From Candidatus Moranbacteria bacterium GW2011_GWE2_35_2- (lineage in GTDB: Bacteria > Patescibacteriota > Minisyncoccia > Moranbacterales > UBA9337), in the NCBI GenBank assembly GCA_000990585.1, contig LBQD01000002.1, positions 120,016 to 184,015 of the forward strand: 64,000 nt of DNA, given 5' to 3'. Both the position numbers and the translations under genes were made by a program. How positions within the stretch are numbered: the stretch's first letter is position 1; the number at the start of each line of letters is the position of its first letter. Shown here one piece after another: positions 31,505 through 38,691 of this stretch. The notes beneath the pieces are model-generated. The model ran no database searches, was not told where the DNA came from, and saw only the letters and a program-made list of their open reading frames with translations.

Positions 31505-31630
31505 TACAAACTTTACACCGATACCGGCTAAATCATCCTCGTCTTTTGAAATTAATATGTCAACCGTTTTTTTTCATATATCTTCCATTGAGTTTTCCCT
31601 CCTTACCCTCTCCAAGTCCAAGCGATTTGA

Positions 31631-32623
31631 TTATATAATTTTTTTCCTTAAAAAAGAAATTAATTTTTCAAGTTGCTCTTCATTTTGTATAAATATTTCA
31701 AATCTTTCTTTCCCCAAGCTTCCTTTTGGCTTGCCGTTTTTTTCTTTTAAATATTTTTCATTAAAACGATCGTCAAAAACCAATGACGGTATATTTGTAA
31801 TATCAAAGTCGGTATTAATTTGCAAAAATGCCTTCCATTTTCCACTACCGTTATTTGGTATTATAGAAAAAGATGTATTTTTAATTTTAAGTGATATATT
31901 GGTTTGATTAATTTTTAAATCTACAACTCCAAAACCATTTAAGAAATTAAAAAAATTATCGAAAAATAGTTTAGATTTTTCTTTTTTATAAAAAAACATT
32001 GTTATTTCCGATAATTCATCCTTGCCATTAATTATTTTCTTAATCTTTTTAATTTTTTCAGTATTGCGATTATCTTCATCATCAGGATCATTGTTTATAT
32101 AATCAACTAAAAATAAATCATTTTCAAACCAAAAATATTTTATAAGCGTAATATTATTTCGTTTTTTTGCGTTGGTAATGTGTATTTGAGTAAATTTTTG
32201 AGCAATAAAAATAATTTCTATTTGATCTTTTGAAATTTTATTATAACCCGGCAAAATTACCCCATATTTTTGAGTTGTTTCTAGATAAATTTCAGCAAAA
32301 TTATCTTCTATAAAATCTTTGTAATCACTTGCTTGTTGTGAAATATTTCTATCAAAATTCTTTTTTAATTCAAAAATAACAAATCTTTTCGTTTTTGGAT
32401 TAAAAGCAAAAATATCAATCCTACCAGAAGTTCCATTGTTTCTGACATTTCCAGACAAACGAAATTCATTTTTAATAAATTCGAAATTAGGAAAAAAATA
32501 TTTCCAATGATTTGTTAAAAAATTATTGAGTTCCGTTTCAGTTTTTTGAACCTGATTTAATATTTTTTTGTCGTTTATTGAAAAAAGTTTGGGCATATTT
32601 TTATTTTTTAAAATTAATTGCAA
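31631..32623 (-). CDS. PD-(D/E)xK-type nuclease candidate (putative restriction endonuclease), island gene B
   Basis: GRIDIFAF...RFVIFELKK gives a D...(D/E)xK core near the N-terminus. It sits next to methyltransferase remnants. Confidence 0.5.
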   Translation of the reverse strand: MQLILKNKNMPKLFSINDKKILNQVQKTETELNNFLTNHWKYFFPNFEFIKNEFRLSGNVRNNGTSGRIDIFAFNPKTKRFVIFELKKNFDRNISQQASDYKDFIEDNFAEIYLETTQKYGVILPGYNKISKDQIEIIFIAQKFTQIHITNAKKRNNITLIKYFWFENDLFLVDYINNDPDDEDNRNTEKIKKIKKIINGKDELSEITMFFYKKEKSKLFFDNFFNFLNGFGVVDLKINQTNISLKIKNTSFSIIPNNGSGKWKAFLQINTDFDITNIPSLVFDDRFNEKYLKEKNGKPKGSLGKERFEIFIQNEEQLEKLISFLRKKII

Positions 32624-33258
32624 AGATATTCATAAATTCTTGACCTATTTCACGCATTTCTTCCAAATCATCAATATTCCAAATAGTTTCTTCGTCTCCA
32701 TAAATTTCGCAAAAATTATCATAAAGTTTTGACATTTCCTGAAATTTTTTCCCTGATATTTTTATTGTTTCCATATTTAATAAAATAATATTATTTATTA
32801 TACAAATCAATAGATCCACTTGATGCTGTAATATAATTTTTTTGCAATTGTTCTTTTCTACCGTTTAAATTCTGTATGCGAACATAAGGAGGATTTCCGA
32901 TTATAAAGTCAAAATTTTTATTAAACTTATGGAAGCAAAAATCATCAGGGATTGCGTTATATTTTTTAATTTTTGTTTTTGACAATTTCTGCAAATTTTG
33001 TTTTGTTTTTTCTGTGTACTCTTTCGATATATCGGCAAAATAAATATTATCTTCAATTACTTTTTCTATTTTTTTCCCTGATAACTTTGAAAATTTTTGA
33101 GCTGCAATGGTCGTAAATACCCCTTCGCCACAACCAGCGTCTAATATTCTTTCATTTCCGCTGAATTTATGATTACTAAATACTTCTTCAATCATAAAAT
33201 CAGCCACCCATTCAGGGGTAAAAACAATTCCATTTTCTTTTTTGATAGTCATATTCAT
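32601..33258 (-). pseudogene. decayed gamma-class N6-adenine DNA methyltransferase (Eco57I/TaqI-like), N-terminal 155 aa plus a frameshifted 72-aa fragment
   Basis: FTPEWVADFMI (motif X), ILDAGCGEGVF (motif I) and IIGNPPY (motif IV) are present, then a stop ~35 aa later. Motifs V-VIII and the target-recognition domain are missing, and the next ORF is in another frame. Confidence 0.6.
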
Positions 33259-33340
33259 ATCTGCCTGTATTATAACGTATTTTGGAATAAAATAAAAACC
33301 GTCTTTTCTGCAATTACATGAGCAAAAAAACACTTTATTC

Positions 33341-33399
33341 CTTTCTATAATTAATGAAAAAGAAATTTTAAAATTTTTTAAAACAATTGGGCGATAGCC
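33341..33399 (-). promoter_or_regulatory. 57-bp repeat R1 copy A, upstream of the MTase remnant (also found at 39747-39802)
   Basis: CTTTCTATAATTAATGAAAAAGAAATTTTAAAATTTTTTAAAACAATTGGGCGATAGCC matches the second copy at ~54/57. Confidence 0.7.
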
Positions 33400-33404
33400 C
33401 AAAA

Positions 33405-33548
33405 AAGAAAAGGAATATTTCAGCTAACGTATCGCAATATCTGACGTTTCGTCACCACTTTTAAATTATAACATAGAGTGACGAAATGTGGCTTTAGCCC
33501 TTGCAGATATTGCGTGTTAGCTGATGTATTAAAAAATTCTTTTCGGCT
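33405..33548. mobile_element. palindromic MITE-like element P1 (imperfect TIRs ~40 bp, internal nested palindrome)
   Basis: Left end ATATTTCAGCTAACGTATCGCAATATCTG; right end CAGATATTGCGTGTTAGCTGATGTATT...AAAAAATTCTTTTCGG. Confidence 0.6.
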
Positions 33549-33565
33549 TTTGCCTTTAGGCAAAA

Positions 33566-33595
33566 GATTTAATCGGGGCAAATTTATTTTTATTT
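33566..33595. repeat. cassette D left inverted repeat GATTTAATCGGGGCAAATTTATTTTTATTT (partner at 34317-34347, 29/29)
   Basis: The exact reverse complement lies directly upstream of the gene D start codon. Confidence 0.85.
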
Positions 33596-33622
33596 CTTAC
33601 TAAAATAATTGTATAAATATTG

Positions 33623-34309
33623 TTAATTGCTCTGGTACTCTGGTAATCCTGTTTTTTTCAGGCATTCATTTTGCAAATTTATACTTAATTTCGAACATTT
33701 TGACGAACATTTCACCCAGGCTTCATTATAATCATTAATCATTTTTTCAGTACGTTCAGATGGAAATGGTAGTGTTGAAAGACTCTTTTCACAATCTTCA
33801 AGACAATTAGTCGCTTCAATTGGTTCTTTATTACACTTTTCAATAGCATCGTTGTTTGCTCTTAGCAATGGTGCGTTTTGCCACCCGCGAACAGTAGCAA
33901 AAGCAAAGCTGGAAATATCAAAAATAATTATAACCGATAAAAATAATATAAAGTATTTTTTCCAATTTTTCGTATTGATATAACGCCCAATAAAAAAAGC
34001 AGGAATCAAAAATGTTATCGCCATTGCCAAGCTTACTATTAAGGTTCCAAACATGTTAAATGTGGGAAAACCAAAATAGTCAGTTGTAGCATATCCAATC
34101 GGTAAAAAACTGAAAAACTTGCCATATACCATATAAAGCAGAAAAGAAAATGGGGAGAATAAGGTATCAAATATGTAAAACGGAGAGTTCAACCAGATAT
34201 CATTAGGGTTTAGTAGCCATGACTCAAAAAGTTCCTTGGTACCACTAAAAATAATCCAAATAAACAATAAAGATTGTGTTGTTGATAATTTCAGTTTTTT
34301 TTTATTCAT
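33623..34309 (-). CDS. hypothetical multi-TM membrane protein with Cys-rich extracytoplasmic C-terminus (cassette D)
   Basis: 228 aa ORF bounded precisely by a 29-bp IR pair. Confidence 0.55.
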   Translation of the reverse strand: MNKKKLKLSTTQSLLFIWIIFSGTKELFESWLLNPNDIWLNSPFYIFDTLFSPFSFLLYMVYGKFFSFLPIGYATTDYFGFPTFNMFGTLIVSLAMAITFLIPAFFIGRYINTKNWKKYFILFLSVIIIFDISSFAFATVRGWQNAPLLRANNDAIEKCNKEPIEATNCLEDCEKSLSTLPFPSERTEKMINDYNEAWVKCSSKCSKLSINLQNECLKKTGLPEYQSN

Positions 34310-34316
34310 GTTTTTA

Positions 34317-34347
34317 AAATAAAAATAAATTTGCCCCGATTAAATGC
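34317..34347. repeat. cassette D right inverted repeat (abuts the ATG of gene D)
   Basis: AAAATAAAAATAAATTTGCCCCGATTAAATG is the reverse complement of 33566-33595. Confidence 0.85.
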
Positions 34348-34348
34348 C

Positions 34349-34566
34349 CGAAGGGTCGAAAAGAATTTTTTAATATTTCAGACAACGTTTCGGCACATGC
34401 GAAGTTGCGCCGTGGATTATTGATTAACTTTTAATATTCACTTGCCTCTATTATATAACTAAACTTGCCATTTCGTCAGCGCAATTTGGGAGAGGAAATT
34501 TTGCACTCCCTGGAATATATTTACGCAAAATTTCTGAACCGCATGTGCCGTGTTGTCTGATGTATT
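34349..34566. mobile_element. palindromic MITE-like element P2 carrying an outward promoter (TGACGA-17-TATAAT on minus strand) toward cassette D
   Basis: TIRs CGAAAAGAATTTTTTAATATTTCAGACAACGTTTCGGCACATGCG and CGCATGTGCCGTGTTGTCTGATGTATTTTTTCAT. Its centre is shared with P3 (GAAGTTGCGCC...CAGCGCAATTTGGG). Confidence 0.65.
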
Positions 34567-34663
34567 TTTTCATCTTCTACCTTAATTGCACAAACTTTAC
34601 TTTGCGCAAAGAAAATTTGATTTTTTAAATTAAAAGTTTTTGTTTTGCCTTTAGGCAAAACAG

Positions 34664-34692
34664 ATTATTTGGGGCTATTTTTTATTTTTTAC
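34664..34692. repeat. cassette E left inverted repeat GATTATTTGGGGCTATTTTTTATTTTTTAC (partner 35819-35848)
   Basis: Near-perfect reverse complement directly upstream of the gene E ATG. It is preceded by the hairpin TTTTGCCTTTAGGCAAAA, which is also found before the cassette D repeat. Confidence 0.85.
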
Positions 34693-35817
34693 AAAAATTT
34701 GTCCTCTGCCTATCCACTCAATCAATTCATTGGCTTGAGAATCAATGTTTGAAAGAAGCTCTGGATAACAGGGTTGTAATTCAGCATTAAAAATCAGCAA
34801 ATCCTTTAATCCGTGTGCGTAGTCAAATCCTATCTTTTCGCAATTCTGTAAAAATTTTCTTCTGAAAGGTATCAGTTTTTCTTTTCGTGAATCAGATACA
34901 ACCGAAAAAGTTTTCATATCCGCTACAATTCTATGAAAAACTCGCAATAATTCCATTGTAACTCGACAAAGCTGGACGTCCGAGCTACCAGTAATTTCTG
35001 AAAATTTTGTAATCAGTGGCATGATGTGATCGGCTTCATAGGCCTTGTCTGAGTTGTTTACCAACATTAACAGCCTTTCTAAACCTACAACTGAAAATGA
35101 CCAAAAATTTTCCCAGCGAACCAAATCAACAACTGTGTCATTCTCGTAAATAGGTCTCCATAACAAATTTTCGATTGAAGCGATATCCAACGGCTCACTC
35201 AGGTTGTCAGTTTTATACAAAATTTCATTCCTATATCCCCACGCAACTGGCGGGGTAAAGTTTAGAGCTAGTAGAGTTGTCCTCGTTTTGTCCGGTATAA
35301 ATTGCTCTTCATTGATTCCAAATTCTTTTGCAATCCCAATGAATGGGTCAGCCTCGATATTTTTATCAAACTTATATTTTCCAGCGGTTATTTCTTCAGC
35401 TTTTCCGCCCGATAAATATGAAATAACGAAGCGTTTTGGCTCTAGCCCCAACTCATTTATCAAAAACTCGAAAATTTTTCTGATAGTAAAATCGGCGATG
35501 TCTTTGCGTTGCTCATCTGCAATATCTTTTCCACCAATAAAGCCCGACACATCAGCCATATCAAAAAGCAAAAGATGAGTATCATCCATGGCATCATTGA
35601 AGTCATTAACTCTTATGACTTGCTGAATTGTTGAAAAGTTGTAGGCCTCAGAATTGTCTAGATAATTACCGAATTTTTCAAGAAATGGTCCTTCGCCAAA
35701 ACTTATGTTGAAATTTCCAGGAAATCCCTTGTTCACGATTAAAGAATGAGGAATTTTTTGAGTTCCCTGAAATTTAGAAAAATTTTCAATTTTATTCCTT
35801 AACTCTAAATATTTCAT
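34675..35817 (-). CDS. alanyl-tRNA synthetase catalytic-core paralog (class IIc aaRS-like, 380 aa, degenerate active site), cassette E
   Basis: Co-linear similarity to the AlaRS N-terminus (FSKFQGTQKIPHSL, QQVIRVND...THLLLFDMADVSGFIGG, WENFWSFSVVGLERL, LRVFHRIV). The motif-2 loop [13 protein letters not shown] is replaced by RVNDFNDAMDD and the VDTGMGLER segment by SVVGLER. The alignment is made from memory. Confidence 0.6.
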   Translation of the reverse strand: MKYLELRNKIENFSKFQGTQKIPHSLIVNKGFPGNFNISFGEGPFLEKFGNYLDNSEAYNFSTIQQVIRVNDFNDAMDDTHLLLFDMADVSGFIGGKDIADEQRKDIADFTIRKIFEFLINELGLEPKRFVISYLSGGKAEEITAGKYKFDKNIEADPFIGIAKEFGINEEQFIPDKTRTTLLALNFTPPVAWGYRNEILYKTDNLSEPLDIASIENLLWRPIYENDTVVDLVRWENFWSFSVVGLERLLMLVNNSDKAYEADHIMPLITKFSEITGSSDVQLCRVTMELLRVFHRIVADMKTFSVVSDSRKEKLIPFRRKFLQNCEKIGFDYAHGLKDLLIFNAELQPCYPELLSNIDSQANELIEWIGRGQIFVKNKK

Positions 35818-35818
35818 A

Positions 35819-35848
35819 AAAAAAATAAAAAATAGCCCCCAAATAATC
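35819..35848. repeat. cassette E right inverted repeat (abuts the ATG), followed by hairpin CCCGCCGTAGGCGG
   Basis: AAAAAATAAAAAATAGCCCCCAAATAATC. Confidence 0.85.
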
Positions 35849-35935
35849 CCGCCGTAGGCGGAAAAACTTTTAATTTAAAAAATCAAATTTTCGTCTTTAT
35901 TCATTGCACAGAATCTGAAATTACCACCAAAGATG

Positions 35936-36065
35936 AAAAAATATTTCAGACAACGTTTCCGAATATCTGAAGTTGCGCCCATATTTGTTGGCTAAAACTT
36001 CAAACATTCACCTATTTTGATTATATCACCAAATCTTACTTTATCATAGCGCAATTTGGGTGGAG
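35936..36065. mobile_element. truncated P-element copy P3 with promoter TTGCGC-18-TGaTATAAT (minus strand) toward cassette E
   Basis: The left TIR ATATTTCAGACAACGTTTCCGAATATCTGAAGTTGCGCC and the centre are conserved; the right TIR is absent. Confidence 0.55.
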
Positions 36066-36099
36066 CAAAAGAAAAATATAGAATAATTCTCCTTATTAT

Positions 36100-36124
36100 T
36101 AGTGCCCTTTTGAAATTTTTTTGG
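36100..36124. repeat. cassette F left inverted repeat TAGTGCCCTTTTGAAATTTTTTTGG (partner 36517-36539)
   Basis: 20/22 reverse-complement match; flanks a one-gene module with its own promoter and terminator. Confidence 0.8.
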
Positions 36125-36219
36125 CGTGGTCTTGACAGGCTGACTATTTTCTGCTATACTATTTTGAACACTAATTTTGGTGTCAAATTGTACCTACACA
36201 ATAAACAAAGGAGACTGAA

Positions 36220-36447
36220 ATGAGTTCAGAAAACTTACTTCTAGCGATGGTTTGGGTGCTTTCTGGCTTGTTTGTTGCATTCATAATGCACAAGGCTGAC
36301 GAAAGTAAGAGCGAAAATTACAAAGGAAATTATTGGCTTAAAAACAGCCGTCATCTAGAAATCATCGTTTTTAATATCGTTCTTCTCGCGCCACTCGCTC
36401 TTATTTTTGGCATAGCCGCAATGATGGACTATGTCAAAAAAGAGTAG
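36220..36447 (+). CDS. small hypothetical membrane protein (75 aa, 2 TM), cassette F
   Basis: Promoter TTGACA-17-TATACT at 36133-36161, RBS AAGGAG, and terminator CCACC...GGTGGTTTTTTT at ~36466-36510. Confidence 0.6.
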   Translation: MSSENLLLAMVWVLSGLFVAFIMHKADESKSENYKGNYWLKNSRHLEIIVFNIVLLAPLALIFGIAAMMDYVKKE

Positions 36448-36516
36448 GCTATAACAGAGCTCTGTTCGCACACAAGCCACCCCGGGACTCTTTCTCGAGG
36501 TGGTTTTTTTCTTTTC

Positions 36517-36539
36517 TAAAAAATTTCAAAAGGGCACAA
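36517..36539. repeat. cassette F right inverted repeat AAAAAATTTCAAAAGGGCACAA
   Basis: Reverse complement of 36100-36122. Confidence 0.8.
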
Positions 36540-36724
36540 TTTAAATAAAAAATTATTCTATATTTTTCTTTTGCGTAACCAGATACACAGTGTGAGTTGA
36601 TGTATTCCTTTTATTTTTTCCGAATGCTGTCGGAATTGTTTTTAAAAATTTTAAAATTTCTTTTTCCGTTTTGGATTTTGGGCAGAGGGAAATTAAAGGG
36701 GTGAATGCCCGAAGCCCAAAACTC

Positions 36725-37708
36725 CTATTTCTTTTTGCATGTCAAAAAATTATCTAATGCTTCAAACGAATTAAATATATTTGAAGGTGATAATTCTAAA
36801 ATAATAGCAATCAGTTGCTCTGTTAATCTGATAAACATTTCCATTTCTTTATAGTCAATCTGCTCCGTCTTTTTGCCAAAATGAATTAGGCGATTTCTTG
36901 TTTTATTGATCCTCTGAATATTTTTTCTGGAAGTATCATCAATATTTTTTAAAAAATATTCGTTTAAGATAAAAGCGATTTTTTTATCGCCACTCATTTG
37001 TTCAATTGCTGTATTATCAAGCCATTTGCGATTTTTAATCGCAAAAATATGTTCCCAAATTGTCCAACAAGAAATAAATGCTGTTTCAATTATCTGTCTT
37101 TGCATAGCGGATTTGAATAAAAATAAAAAATATCCACCCTCGTATTCATTTTGCCATTTCTCACTTGAAATAAGATTGAGAACCTTGTTTATAGTATTCT
37201 CAAAACCTACATTGATTTGGTGATAATCAAAAACTGGTATGTCCTTCATTTCTATTTCAGTTTTTAATTTTCCAGTATTTATATTTTTCCACCTTGATTC
37301 GTATTGTATTGAACATCCTAGCTGACCACCATATTGATGTATTCTGTGATCGCTTATTATCGCGATATTTTCGCTATCCTCCCAGTCCTTTTTAAACACA
37401 TTTCTATCGGTAAATATGGTAAGTAAAAATAAAATATCATCAAGTTGTGTTAGCTTGTCATCACCGAATGGCAATACACATTTTTTCTCATTTTCTGGTA
37501 TGCCTACTTCTGCTGTTATTTGGTGTGAGCCAACTTTAATTGTTGTATTGAATTCGCTACCAAATGAATTTACCAAACACATCATGCCATCAAAAGCATC
37601 TTTATAATTTTTTATTCTTTTAAAAATATAGTCTCCTATTTTCAGTTCTTCTATGTATGGCTCAAATTCTAAATTGAAAATTTGCAGTATTTTATTTTTT
37701 TGTTCCAT
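36725..37708 (-). CDS. hypothetical protein (327 aa), last gene of the C5-MTase restriction-modification operon
   Basis: Sits 3 nt downstream of the C5-MTase stop; function unknown. Confidence 0.5.
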   Translation of the reverse strand: MEQKNKILQIFNLEFEPYIEELKIGDYIFKRIKNYKDAFDGMMCLVNSFGSEFNTTIKVGSHQITAEVGIPENEKKCVLPFGDDKLTQLDDILFLLTIFTDRNVFKKDWEDSENIAIISDHRIHQYGGQLGCSIQYESRWKNINTGKLKTEIEMKDIPVFDYHQINVGFENTINKVLNLISSEKWQNEYEGGYFLFLFKSAMQRQIIETAFISCWTIWEHIFAIKNRKWLDNTAIEQMSGDKKIAFILNEYFLKNIDDTSRKNIQRINKTRNRLIHFGKKTEQIDYKEMEMFIRLTEQLIAIILELSPSNIFNSFEALDNFLTCKKK

Positions 37709-37711
37709 AAT

Positions 37712-38689
37712 TTATTTTAAATCAGCCATTATTTTTTTTGCTAAATGGTGAGCAAAATTTACAGCAACAGCATTCCCAATCATTTTATATCCGTCAGCGA
37801 TATCACGATATTTGAAAATAAAATCATCAGGGAATGTTTGAATTCTTGCACATTCACGAACAGACAAACGACGATATAAATGTTCTTTTCCGGGAACAAA
37901 AATTCTTTTGTTTTGTTCAATGAATTTCATTTTTGGGGCTTGTGGATGAAGTGGAGCATGACGACCTCCTGCTTGAATTGTGAAAGAGGGTTCATCCCAT
38001 GAGCGAACGCGATTTCGCGACATATAAATTGAAGAAAAACCGCCATTCATATATTCGTGATTTGGGATTTTCAATACATCGCCATTTGTTTTATTTTTAT
38101 CTAAAGCAGGTTTTGCTAAACGTAAATCATAAATAGCGTCTTTCAATACAGGTTTATATTTTTGCGGTTCTGGAAATTCAAATTTTTTCTTTAGTTTTTT
38201 ATTATATCCCACAATAATGACACGTAATCTATCTTCAGGAACATCATAATCATTTGCATTCAATAATTTGCAAGAAATTTCATATCCAGCATTCTCAAAT
38301 TCTTTTATTATATTTGAAAAAGCCTCTTTGTGTTTAGGATGAAGAATACCCGATACATTTTCTGCAAGAAAAAATTTTGGCTGTTTTTCTTTTAATAAAC
38401 GGATATAATCATAAAATAATTTTCCTCGCTTGTCATTTATTCCACGCCCAGCTCCAGCCTCACTCCAACTTTGACAAGGTGGTCCGCCAATAATTCCGTC
38501 AACATCAGGAATTTCAGAAGCGGGAACATCAACAATACTTCTTTTATCAAGTTTTGTTTTTGGAAAATTGTGTTCAAAAGTTTCCCAAATAGTTGGGTCA
38601 TATTCATTTGCCCAGATGACATGAAAACCAGCTTTTTCAAAGCCTAGATCAAGTCCTCCTGCACCTGTAAACAATGAAGCTATTTTCAT
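37712..38689 (-). CDS. DNA (cytosine-5)-methyltransferase, small M.HhaI-size enzyme
   Basis: Motif [12 protein letters not shown], motif [11 protein letters not shown], motif VI ENV and motif X GNAVAV. Confidence 0.9.
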   Translation of the reverse strand: MKIASLFTGAGGLDLGFEKAGFHVIWANEYDPTIWETFEHNFPKTKLDKRSIVDVPASEIPDVDGIIGGPPCQSWSEAGAGRGINDKRGKLFYDYIRLLKEKQPKFFLAENVSGILHPKHKEAFSNIIKEFENAGYEISCKLLNANDYDVPEDRLRVIIVGYNKKLKKKFEFPEPQKYKPVLKDAIYDLRLAKPALDKNKTNGDVLKIPNHEYMNGGFSSIYMSRNRVRSWDEPSFTIQAGGRHAPLHPQAPKMKFIEQNKRIFVPGKEHLYRRLSVRECARIQTFPDDFIFKYRDIADGYKMIGNAVAVNFAHHLAKKIMADLK

Positions 38690-38691
38690 AA

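Noticed and set aside
32601-33258. Treating the 203-aa ORF 32791-33402 as an intact small methyltransferase
   Set aside because: Its first 48 codons overlap the R1 repeat/promoter and look non-native (the start was moved to M49/M51). The product ends shortly after motif IV with no motifs V-VIII or target-recognition domain, so it was called a pseudogene rather than a functional enzyme.
33405-34566. Interpretation of the P elements as integron attC sites
   Set aside because: The imperfect palindromes superficially resemble attC, but the core sites do not fit RYYYAAC / GTTRRRY (GCTAAC / GTTAGCT and GACAAC / GTTGTC). No intI-like gene, attI or Pc lies in the window. The cassettes carry paired inverted repeats rather than a single attC. 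It is retained only as an analogy.
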